From Candidatus Aenigmatarchaeota archaeon (GTDB taxonomy: Archaea > Aenigmatarchaeota > Aenigmatarchaeia > CG10238-14 > SpSt-28): 64,000 nucleotides of DNA. The stretch lies in the NCBI GenBank assembly GCA_032249395.1, contig JAVVFY010000002.1, positions 4,239-68,238 on the forward strand, given 5' to 3'. A program made the translations under genes and the position numbers. Under the pieces are notes generated by a model that saw nothing but the letters and a program-made list of their open reading frames with translations, made no database searches and had not been told where the DNA came from. Shown piece by piece: positions 56,056-64,000 of the stretch (positions are counted from its first letter, which is position 1; each line of letters begins with the position of its first letter).

Positions 56056-56616
56056 ATGATAATGAGTCTTGAAAAAATGATCGAACTAGCAAACATTATA
56101 CAAGATGAAGAACTTAAGAAAAAAACTATAGAAATATTGAAAGATATAAAGCTAACTCATCCTACGCTTAAAAATTATGAAAGGGAAGATCCAGAAAAAG
56201 TTAAAACACCTTTTGTCGTAAATGATACCATAGTTATAAGAGAATTGACAAACCATACTGTTAGCGTTACTGAAGCATGTATAAAAATCGCTGAAGTAAT
56301 TGAAAAAAATTACGGGTTTAAAGTTAACAAAGATGCTTTAGTGGCTGGTGCCTTGCTTCACGATATAATGAAAGTTTATGAGTTTAAAGATGGTAGACCA
56401 ACAAAAATTCTATTTGACCATTCAGCTTTAGGTTTTGGAGAACTGTACAAAAGAGGATTTCCAGAAGAAGTTTTACATTTGGTAATATCGCATGCTGCCC
56501 CATCAACAAATCCACCAAGAACACTAGAAGCATTAATATTGCACTACGTTGATACTTTACTAGCTTTGGCAGAATTTGGAATATATTCTCAAATAGTAGA
56601 AAAAGAGGAGAAATAG
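56056..56616 (+). CDS. HD-domain phosphohydrolase
   Basis: H...HD (AGALLHDIMK) ... D motifs. Confidence 0.6.
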   Translation: MIMSLEKMIELANIIQDEELKKKTIEILKDIKLTHPTLKNYEREDPEKVKTPFVVNDTIVIRELTNHTVSVTEACIKIAEVIEKNYGFKVNKDALVAGALLHDIMKVYEFKDGRPTKILFDHSALGFGELYKRGFPEEVLHLVISHAAPSTNPPRTLEALILHYVDTLLALAEFGIYSQIVEKEEK

Positions 56617-57678
56617 ATGAAAAAATTTATAAAACCTGCTATAAGCTTTTTAAAAAAAGTTAAAGGAGATTTAGCTATAGTTTTCGGCCACGATTGCGAT
56701 AGCATTGCTTCTGCTTCAATAATTTATAAGTTGGCAAAAAATTTAGCGCTAAAACCAAAATTGATTGTTTCCACACACAATTTTGAAATTGATGAAAAAA
56801 CGGAGAATCGCATCAAAAAATTTGAAAATATAGCAATACTTGATATTGGAGATACGCCAGAAGAAAGAATAAATAGAATTGCTTCATCCAAAAATCTCTT
56901 AATTATTGACCATCATATTCCGAAAAAATATAATTGCTACTATGTAAATCCAAGACTTTATAACAAGAACGTTTATATACCAACCAGCTATATATCGTGG
57001 TTAATTTACAAAGAGTTTTTTGACGATAAAGATATTTTATGGATTGCTGCATTTGGAACTCTTGGCGACTTCGGTGCAAAATACAACAAAGACTTGTTTA
57101 AAAGGTTAAGAGAGAAAAATCCTGAATTAATTGGAAAAGTTAGAATTGATGATAGAGAACTGTTTGAAAGGAGCACAATAGGAAAAATAGCAAAAATGGT
57201 TGATTCTCATAGAATTTTTGAAGGAATAAAAGGTGTGGAATACGTAACAAAGCTTGTAGCAAACTCTAATTCATATCTAGATTTGTTGAATGACAAAAAA
57301 ACAAATAAAATATATGAAAAACTAGGAAAAGCATTCAAAAATGAACTGAAAAGACTTAAAGAAAGAAAAATAGAAATTGGAGAATATTTAATTTATGAGA
57401 TAAAGAGTAAAATTAACCTTAAATCGTCGCTAGCTAGCTATTTGCCAAAGATTTTTCCAAAAATGATAATATTTGTAGCACAAAAATCTAAAGAAGGATA
57501 CTATGAGGTTAGCGTTAGAAGAGGTATTAAAAGAAAAGTTAACTTAGCTAAACTTGTTAAAGAAATAAGTAAAAATATTAGAGCTAAAGGTGGTGGACAT
57601 CCCAGTGCTGCAGGAATGAGAATAGATGATTTAAAGGAACTAGTTGAATTCTTAAAAAATAAAAAAAGAAAGAAATAG
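56617..57678 (+). CDS. DHH/DHHA1-family phosphoesterase (nanoRNase/pAp-phosphatase-like)
   Basis: DHH motifs (GHDCDSIAS, LLIIDHH) and the DHHA1 GGGHPSAAG. Confidence 0.65.
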   Translation: MKKFIKPAISFLKKVKGDLAIVFGHDCDSIASASIIYKLAKNLALKPKLIVSTHNFEIDEKTENRIKKFENIAILDIGDTPEERINRIASSKNLLIIDHHIPKKYNCYYVNPRLYNKNVYIPTSYISWLIYKEFFDDKDILWIAAFGTLGDFGAKYNKDLFKRLREKNPELIGKVRIDDRELFERSTIGKIAKMVDSHRIFEGIKGVEYVTKLVANSNSYLDLLNDKKTNKIYEKLGKAFKNELKRLKERKIEIGEYLIYEIKSKINLKSSLASYLPKIFPKMIIFVAQKSKEGYYEVSVRRGIKRKVNLAKLVKEISKNIRAKGGGHPSAAGMRIDDLKELVEFLKNKKRKK

Positions 57679-57681
57679 CAA

Positions 57682-57984
57682 TCATTTAGTTAAAACAATA
57701 TCAATTGTTGAAACATTAACTTTTCCTTTTCCTTCTACTTCCCTTTCTTCAGTTCCTAGGTCTATTCTCTTTATTTTAACATCTGGCATAAACCTTCTTT
57801 GAATTACTTGAGCTACGTCTACCGCTCTTGATATGCTTTTTCCTCTTGCTTTAATGTGAACTTCTTTTTGGCCACTTGTGAACTGAGTTATTACTGCTAA
57901 AACGTAGCTCATAGTTGGTTTTTTACCTATGAATACAACGTTATCAGCTTGTTGTTCTTTTGCTTCTTCTGACACTATCAACAC
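57682..57984 (-). CDS. albA: DNA/RNA-binding protein Alba
   Basis: [19 protein letters not shown]...[11 protein letters not shown] matches Alba. Confidence 0.8.
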   Translation of the reverse strand: MLIVSEEAKEQQADNVVFIGKKPTMSYVLAVITQFTSGQKEVHIKARGKSISRAVDVAQVIQRRFMPDVKIKRIDLGTEEREVEGKGKVNVSTIDIVLTK

Positions 57985-58051
57985 CTCCCTACTTTAAAGA
58001 TATCAATTAAAATATAGTTTTAAAATAATTTAAAATTTCTAAAACATCTCA

Positions 58052-58972
58052 TTACAGTTTGAACTCTTTTACAACCTTTCTCTTATTCTCAACGCCTTTA
58101 GCGTCTAAGACCTGAAATGCTAAATCTTTTAATTTAGGATATAAAGCACCATATTTCTCTGAGAGCCTATTTACTTCTCTTTCTATGTCTTCGGAACTCA
58201 GATTGTCTACCCTCTTCTGAAGTTCATCCAATTTAGATTGTAATTCATTCCAAACATTTTCATAAGTCTTAAATGTCTTAACATATTCTTTTGTTGCGAC
58301 TACAAACCCTCTAAAGAAAACTCCGATCAGAAAAATCGCTGCGAAAACTACGACACTAAATATACCCATAAAGCTAAAGAGTACCCAAACAGTCTTCACA
58401 AACCAACCCATTGGAATTGTCAAAAATGCAATAATAAAAGCCAAAACTCTGTTAACATTGGGAGATACATGAGTAAATACTTCTAACATTTGTAGAAATG
58501 TCCAAACAAGAGTGTAAATAGCAGCAAAGGGTAAAATAAACAAATAAATTATTGCTGGAACGTACATCCATTGCTCGGGTAACCCAAGCATTAGAAAAAC
58601 GTTAGCTGCGAGGGGTGGTAAAGGAGAAACTTTCATATTTTCTGGTACCTCTAATATAGTTGGATAAGGAATAAAGAGTGGTAGCATGAATAGCAAAAAT
58701 AAAACAACTGCGTATAAAATTAAACCAAGATTTATGCCTCCTCCTCCTGGTAAACCTGGTAAACTCGGCATGCCACCTTTAGCTACTATAAAAAGCAAAA
58801 CTATGAAACCTAAAATGAACAAAACAGGTATTAAATCTTTAGCAATGTTAACTAATGTTTCTCTGATTTCATTCATTGTTGTTGTTCCTCCACCAGACTG
58901 AGCTAAAGAAACATTTATAGTTAAAAGTAGGAAAAATAACAGAAAAACTAATACTTCTTTAATTTTCTCCAT
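58052..58972 (-). CDS. polytopic membrane protein with Gly/Pro-rich loop and C-terminal coiled coil, hypothetical
   Basis: Signal/TM N-terminus, then GMPSLPGLPGGGGIN, several TM helices, then ELQSKLDELQKRVDNL. Confidence 0.3.
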   Translation of the reverse strand: MEKIKEVLVFLLFFLLLTINVSLAQSGGGTTTMNEIRETLVNIAKDLIPVLFILGFIVLLFIVAKGGMPSLPGLPGGGGINLGLILYAVVLFLLFMLPLFIPYPTILEVPENMKVSPLPPLAANVFLMLGLPEQWMYVPAIIYLFILPFAAIYTLVWTFLQMLEVFTHVSPNVNRVLAFIIAFLTIPMGWFVKTVWVLFSFMGIFSVVVFAAIFLIGVFFRGFVVATKEYVKTFKTYENVWNELQSKLDELQKRVDNLSSEDIEREVNRLSEKYGALYPKLKDLAFQVLDAKGVENKRKVVKEFKL

Positions 58973-59009
58973 TTTACTTAATTGTTTTAAATATTTAAAA
59001 GCTTTCTTT

Positions 59010-59258
59010 TTATCTTTTTTTCAAAAAGTAAAAAGAAAGAATTATAAAAATTATAAAAATCAAAAGGGCTGAAAATGAAAAGAAAGCTAATATAAAAGTT
59101 TTATAATAGTAAAAAGAACCAATAACAAAAAAAGAGGAAACCAAAGCTATTATTAAATTAATACTCCTTTCAAAAAATCTAATCTTGCTCAAAATACCAT
59201 AAACAATTAGGAATGAGAGGAATGAAAATGATAGAGCCAAAATATCCTCAATCATCAA
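59010..59258 (-). CDS. small membrane protein, hypothetical
   Basis: 82 aa with two TM helices. Confidence 0.2.
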   Translation of the reverse strand: MMIEDILALSFSFLSFLIVYGILSKIRFFERSINLIIALVSSFFVIGSFYYYKTFILAFFSFSALLIFIIFIILSFYFLKKR

Positions 59259-59749
59259 AACACCTTTTCTCTAGCTTTTTTATACCATTCCTCCTCATCA
59301 ATCTTAATTCCACTTATTTTCGCTAAACTTTCCGCCTCAGAAATTTTTTCTCTTATCGCTTTCTTAATTTCTTGTCTTTTCCCCTCGTCTTTCCCCACTT
59401 CAAGCTCTTTAGTTAATCTTTCTACATCTTCCTTTAGTTTCTTTAGCCTCTCCTTCCCTGTTATAACAGAAGTAGAATACTTTAAAATTCCCAACAAATA
59501 AAGAGAAACAAAAACCAAAACAGTTAAAGCAGCTGCTAAATAAGGCAAAACTTTAGTTAAACCAAAAGAATAAAGGGAAAATACAGAAATAGAAGAAATA
59601 GTTAAAGCAGTTAAAGAGTAATATAAATTTCCAACATTTCCAAATATGTTAGAGCGCTTGAGAAAAACGAATAATATCAAGTAGAAAAGAATTAGAGGTA
59701 AAAATATGGAAAATATGAACTCATTTAGTTCTAAGCTAAATATTTCCAT
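59255..59749 (-). CDS. membrane protein with C-terminal coiled coil, hypothetical
   Basis: Four TM helices then KERLKKLKEDVERLTKELE. Confidence 0.3.
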   Translation of the reverse strand: MEIFSLELNEFIFSIFLPLILFYLILFVFLKRSNIFGNVGNLYYSLTALTISSISVFSLYSFGLTKVLPYLAAALTVLVFVSLYLLGILKYSTSVITGKERLKKLKEDVERLTKELEVGKDEGKRQEIKKAIREKISEAESLAKISGIKIDEEEWYKKAREKVF

Positions 59750-59794
59750 AAAATAGTTTTCTTAACAATAAATAAACGTAAAACAAAATAAGAG

Positions 59795-61894
59795 ATGAGT
59801 CTTCTTGACAAGCTAATTAAAGATAGTTGGAAAAACCGGATAAGAGAAAAATTGGAAGATCTTTACAGAATTAAAGACGAGTGGAGAGGCAACATAAGAG
59901 AAAAAATAGATCAGTTATATACTTTGTCAAAATCAGAAACCTTTTTAAGCACTATAAACAGAATAAGCGAGTATTCGCTAAAATCTTCAGCATTCCTATT
60001 AATAACAACATTTGCCTTCTATCCTGGATTTGTTTCTAAAATTTTTTGGGCATTCCTAATATTATTTGTTATATTGGCATTAGCATCTATAGCATTAAAA
60101 ATTTTCTTCCCAACCGCAATAATAAGAGCTACTATTTCAACTTTTCTTGGCGCCGATCCTCTCACTTCTGTTTTAAAATCGATTGGAGCGATCCTCCTAA
60201 TGCTTCTTTTTACTATATTTTTACCCTCCCCAAATTACTTTAAAACGTTCGAACCAATAGGAGAGCTTCCAGTTTATATTTTGTTTTTATTATCAGTTCT
60301 AGCATCATTCTTCCTTGCATCCTTAAGATTTCCGCAAATTTTTGTTTTTGGAGCAGCATACATTATTTTCTTATACTTTGTATTACCAATTTCGATTTTC
60401 GCAGCAACAACAAAAACTTGCATAGAAAGCAAATCTCTATCTTCCATTCAAATACCTTTACTCTCAAGCGCAACAGATAGGTATTCTTGTCAAAGGTTGA
60501 CTAAATCTTCTTTAATGTTAACTGGAAAAGTTGAAACTATACCTTCTACTTCTGGAATTGATGTTAAAATTGGTTTAACACAAATGAATCCGTTGCCTGC
60601 TGGAAAAACTTTTAAAGAAGTTTTCATAATTACTAATAATTATCAAAAAAATGTAACATTAAATAGAATTTACCCGTATTTGAGAAGTTCATATTATAAT
60701 GTGCTATTTGTACCTAAAGACTACCAACAGAAAAAAACAATGCTACTTACTAAAGAAAATTACGGAGAACAAATAGTTTTTGACCCGTTTCAGCTAGATA
60801 TTATAGTGCCTAGTGATAAAAGATGTAAGATAACCCAAGAATGGATGAAAGAACGAGGGTATGTTTCTGAATGTTCTTATGAAAATCCGTGTGAAGAAAA
60901 AAATGGTTTAAAAGCTGCTTGTGTTCAAGTAGGAACGTATTCGTGCAAATGTGTTGATTGGGTAGAAGCTACTTGTAGTGGGGCTCCTTTGAATTTGATA
61001 ATTGATATGAGGCACACCGGATTCCTAAATGGTAGGGGAGCTCTATATTATTTTGAGGATTATAATCCTGCTTCTCTCCCTTCTTATAGATACATCCAAT
61101 ATCCTGCGGAAATTACAATATATTTCACGCCAAACCCTTGGTTTCAAAAAAGATATGCTGAATACATAGATGAAATCTATATGTTCGCCCAGATAAAATT
61201 TTACTCAAAACAACCACGAATAACAAGACTCTCTGTAGAGCCAATAACAACAATAGTAAATATAACAGACGAAATTAACAATGTAGTAATAACAGAATCT
61301 ATAGGAATAAGGAAGAAAGATTGCAATTTGAAGGAAAAAATGGAAGAAATAAACTATGCTTTAAGTAGTAAGGGAGAATGGACTGGAGTTTTGTGCACGT
61401 TTTATCCGCCATCAATAAATGTTGAAGTTAAAAACTTAACTGATGGAAGTACGATCGCTACTACTTCTGTATCGCTCTTGCTAATAAATCAGTACTGCAA
61501 CGCTGAATACATAAACCTATCTTCATACAAAAGTTCTGCAGAAGCATTAGTAAAATACTATGAAAACCTTAGAGTAATAGAATCTTTAAGTAAGGATATA
61601 AGAAGGACTATAGATAAATATGGATTTTGTTCTTATTTGAAAGGAGAAAAAGAAAAGGAAGAAATGAGAAAAAAGAGAATAATAGAAAATAACATAAAAA
61701 GAATATATGTTTATGTTAGTTTTGATTACGTAACTTCGCAATATTTTGTTTCAAGAAATATTTATCCTTATTATACTCCAGCTTGCGAAGGAAAACAAGT
61801 AGCAAAGCAACCTGAAGAAAGTAGAGAAGCTTCTGAAGAAAAGAAAGAAGAACTGCAAACAAGCATTTCTGAAATGTTCCCAGAAATACTATAA
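59795..61894 (+). CDS. large membrane-anchored protein with Cys-containing extracellular domain, hypothetical
   Basis: About 220 aa of TM helices followed by a ~480-aa soluble region with CEEKNGLKAACVQVGTYSCKCVDWVEATCSG. Confidence 0.35.
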   Translation: MSLLDKLIKDSWKNRIREKLEDLYRIKDEWRGNIREKIDQLYTLSKSETFLSTINRISEYSLKSSAFLLITTFAFYPGFVSKIFWAFLILFVILALASIALKIFFPTAIIRATISTFLGADPLTSVLKSIGAILLMLLFTIFLPSPNYFKTFEPIGELPVYILFLLSVLASFFLASLRFPQIFVFGAAYIIFLYFVLPISIFAATTKTCIESKSLSSIQIPLLSSATDRYSCQRLTKSSLMLTGKVETIPSTSGIDVKIGLTQMNPLPAGKTFKEVFIITNNYQKNVTLNRIYPYLRSSYYNVLFVPKDYQQKKTMLLTKENYGEQIVFDPFQLDIIVPSDKRCKITQEWMKERGYVSECSYENPCEEKNGLKAACVQVGTYSCKCVDWVEATCSGAPLNLIIDMRHTGFLNGRGALYYFEDYNPASLPSYRYIQYPAEITIYFTPNPWFQKRYAEYIDEIYMFAQIKFYSKQPRITRLSVEPITTIVNITDEINNVVITESIGIRKKDCNLKEKMEEINYALSSKGEWTGVLCTFYPPSINVEVKNLTDGSTIATTSVSLLLINQYCNAEYINLSSYKSSAEALVKYYENLRVIESLSKDIRRTIDKYGFCSYLKGEKEKEEMRKKRIIENNIKRIYVYVSFDYVTSQYFVSRNIYPYYTPACEGKQVAKQPEESREASEEKKEELQTSISEMFPEIL

Positions 61895-61940
61895 TCTTGA
61901 TCAAAACTTTATATAATATAATAATTGAGAAATTAAAGTT

Positions 61941-62243
61941 ATGAGGGAAATACTTTATATTGTTGCAAGCGCTGCAGTAGTCGTTATATCAATATACATT
62001 CTTATAAAGTTGGGTTTCATTCCTTTTGCTGGCACAGTTAGTAAACAAGATTGCATAAACAATATAATGCTTGCCTGTGATGAATATAGAAGTAAAGGCA
62101 AAGTAGACGCTTTTAACAAAATTAGTAGTGGTTGTGCAGATATTGTAGAATCTGGATCTCTAAAAGAATGTTTAAGAAAGGATATCAAGGAGGAATTAAA
62201 AAGACAATATTGTAGTGAGCTCTGTAAAGAGTTCGGACTATGA
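61941..62243 (+). CDS. small N-terminally anchored Cys-rich protein (paralog of the next gene)
   Basis: Shares six conserved Cys with 62285-62611: QDC...ACDEYR...AF...C.D...C...YC..LC. Confidence 0.35.
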   Translation: MREILYIVASAAVVVISIYILIKLGFIPFAGTVSKQDCINNIMLACDEYRSKGKVDAFNKISSGCADIVESGSLKECLRKDIKEELKRQYCSELCKEFGL

Positions 62244-62284
62244 CCATAAAATAAAGTATTTAAATACGAAAAATAACAGGATTA

Positions 62285-62611
62285 ATGAGGGGGATCACTT
62301 TAGAAACTGGTGTGATATTAGTAGTTTTGCTATTAATTGTGGCACTTCTATTCTACTACCTTTATATTAATTTTGTATCCTCACAAAAAACCCTTACAGG
62401 ACAACAATGCGATGCCCTATTAAACACTGCATGCCAGGCCTACCGACAAGGAACTCCTCCTGGTGCGGCTTTTAAAAATGTGCCAAATGAATGTGTAGAT
62501 GTAGGAAATCGGCAGCATTTGAGTGCGTGTAAGGAAGGCAATAGAGAAGCATGTGAGATTATATGCGAACTATGGATAGTAGGAGAACCAGAAGAATTTG
62601 GAGTAATATAA
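62285..62611 (+). CDS. small Cys-rich protein with pilin-like (class III signal peptide-like) N-terminus
   Basis: MRG|ITLETGVILVVLLLIVALLFYYLY resembles a prepilin-type leader with Glu at +4/+5 and a hydrophobic stretch. The Cys pattern is shared with 61941-62243. Confidence 0.35.
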   Translation: MRGITLETGVILVVLLLIVALLFYYLYINFVSSQKTLTGQQCDALLNTACQAYRQGTPPGAAFKNVPNECVDVGNRQHLSACKEGNREACEIICELWIVGEPEEFGVI

Positions 62612-62634
62612 GAATCTCTTAAGGTGAAACTTCG

Positions 62635-63849
62635 ATGTGGAATAATAAAATTAAGTTTTATTCGTTTACTTTATTTCTTATCTCGCTTTTTTTACTTTTG
62701 TTAGCATCTTCTTTAACACTCGCAACAAACGTTCAAAGTCAATCTCAGAGCCTAGAAACTTTGGAGATAAAGCTTGGGAAAGGATGGAACATGGTATCTT
62801 TTCCATTTGAAAAGGCATATATATTTTTCAACGAAAGTGATTGCTACTTTCTATTCAACTTCGCAGGAAAATTAAAAGACCCAACTAAAAGGGCTTTTAG
62901 AGAAAGATACGAACCATACAACCTAAACCAAGAGAAAGATGAGCTTGGGGGAATACCACTAGTTATTTATTCTTATGAAGAGTGTACTCTAAAAGTTAAA
63001 GGAAGCGGAAGACTTACCGCAAATGAAATAAATAAGAGAGAAAATTTGGTGAATTTAACAAAGGGGTTGAATCACATACCAATTCCTTATGGCGGAATTC
63101 AACTAACTCAACTAAAGGATTGTACAATCAACAGTGTTATGTATTACAATTCCTCAGAAGTATTTTACAAATGGTATAGATGGGAGCCTCTCGGATTCGG
63201 CCAAATAAAATTCTCTAAATCAAACGATACCAAAACATGGAGTGAAATATCAACATTAGATAACTATTATTTGCCACATGGAATAAGCGTATTTATAGAC
63301 GTAAAGGAGAAATGTAAATTAAGGTTTAGTGAAGAATCAACACAAACAGCTGTAACAACAACTACAACTACTCAGCAGACAACAGGTCAAGTAAAAGTAA
63401 TAGAAATAGAGTGTCATAATAGAAATGATTGGGATTCGTGTCCTAATAGAGTATATAATTTTGGAATTAGGGAAAACGAAAAAATTATAATATATAATTG
63501 CAATGCAACACAATTAGCAACTGAGCTTGGTGATTATTATTATACCTCTCGACTTTATTTTAATGTATCAACACAGAAAAACCAGAAATGCAAACTTGAA
63601 TGGAAAGTTGAATCATCCAATGCTGATCAGGGTTATTATCTTCGCATTTACACAAGTTCTACATCCTGTCCTCCTTATCCGTATGATTGTATGAGCTTCG
63701 GAGAAGGGAATAATATTAAAATCGCTAAATGTACAAATGAAAGTTTCTCTGGAACCTCATATTCACTTGTGGCTGTAGACTCTCCAAGAAAACCATCACC
63801 AAAAGATACAATCTTTAACGTATCGGTTTCAATTACCGATTGCAAATAA
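62635..63849 (+). CDS. secreted protein with signal peptide, Thr-rich linker and multiple Cys, hypothetical
   Basis: N-terminal signal (LFLISLFLLLLASSLTLA) and TAVTTTTTTQQTTGQ. Confidence 0.35.
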   Translation: MWNNKIKFYSFTLFLISLFLLLLASSLTLATNVQSQSQSLETLEIKLGKGWNMVSFPFEKAYIFFNESDCYFLFNFAGKLKDPTKRAFRERYEPYNLNQEKDELGGIPLVIYSYEECTLKVKGSGRLTANEINKRENLVNLTKGLNHIPIPYGGIQLTQLKDCTINSVMYYNSSEVFYKWYRWEPLGFGQIKFSKSNDTKTWSEISTLDNYYLPHGISVFIDVKEKCKLRFSEESTQTAVTTTTTTQQTTGQVKVIEIECHNRNDWDSCPNRVYNFGIRENEKIIIYNCNATQLATELGDYYYTSRLYFNVSTQKNQKCKLEWKVESSNADQGYYLRIYTSSTSCPPYPYDCMSFGEGNNIKIAKCTNESFSGTSYSLVAVDSPRKPSPKDTIFNVSVSITDCK

Positions 63850-64000
63850 ATAAAACTATAATGGTCTCCAACTATAATCATTGCTCGTTATAACTTCAAA
63901 AATTAAAGAAATGTTTCTAAACTTAGTAGTTCCTTCTAATTTGTCAAAAACTGGATATTGATCTTTAGTAGTAATATTAACGCTAGCACTAACTGCAGCA

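Overview
AT-rich (~30% GC) archaeal chromosomal segment. Gene content and K/E/I-rich proteins suggest a small-genome DPANN-like archaeon, though this cannot be verified here. The window is dominated by information-processing genes.

Main contents:
- A tRNA-maturation neighbourhood: TrmI, Rpp21, ThrRS, CCA enzyme, RNase Z.
- Three ribosomal-protein blocks: S13-S4-S11; L7Ae-S28e-L24e; S8-L6-[Nudix]-L32e-L19e-L18-S5-L30-L15-SecY-DUF106-L14e.
- GluRS, GlyRS, GAPDH, PRPP synthetase, DeoC, aEF1-beta, Alba, EndA, MtaB, RFC large and small subunits, and a HerA-like ATPase.
- Eight tRNA genes: Pro-CGG, Ala-TGC, Arg-TCG, Gly-TCC, Pro-GGG, two copies of Pro-TGG, Arg-GCG. Three carry short anticodon-loop introns.

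Mobile and unusual features:
- Two adjacent genes (RFC small subunit, HerA-like ATPase) each carry a roughly 420-440 aa LAGLIDADG intein.
- A 206-bp direct repeat (3' end of an HD-domain gene plus tRNA-Pro-TGG) flanks a 2.1-kb segment containing disrupted genes.
- Three genes are interrupted: an SDR (+1 A in a poly-A run), an HD hydrolase (in-frame TGA at the HDIG glycine), and an MscS-like channel (in-frame TAA).
- A winged-helix protein gene carries dense GAATCGA/TCGATTC motif clusters at both ends, including six 10-bp phased units. It sits behind a 520-bp extremely A-rich, C-depleted intergenic tract and a solo catalytically inactive Cas2-like gene.
- A 673-aa protein has four tandem XRE-type HTH modules fused to a PD-(D/E)xK nuclease-like domain.
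- A Cas4-family nuclease has an N-terminal extension.
- A terminal cluster encodes membrane and secreted Cys-rich proteins, including tandem small paralogs with pilin-like N-termini.

No CRISPR array, rRNA or transposase was detected.
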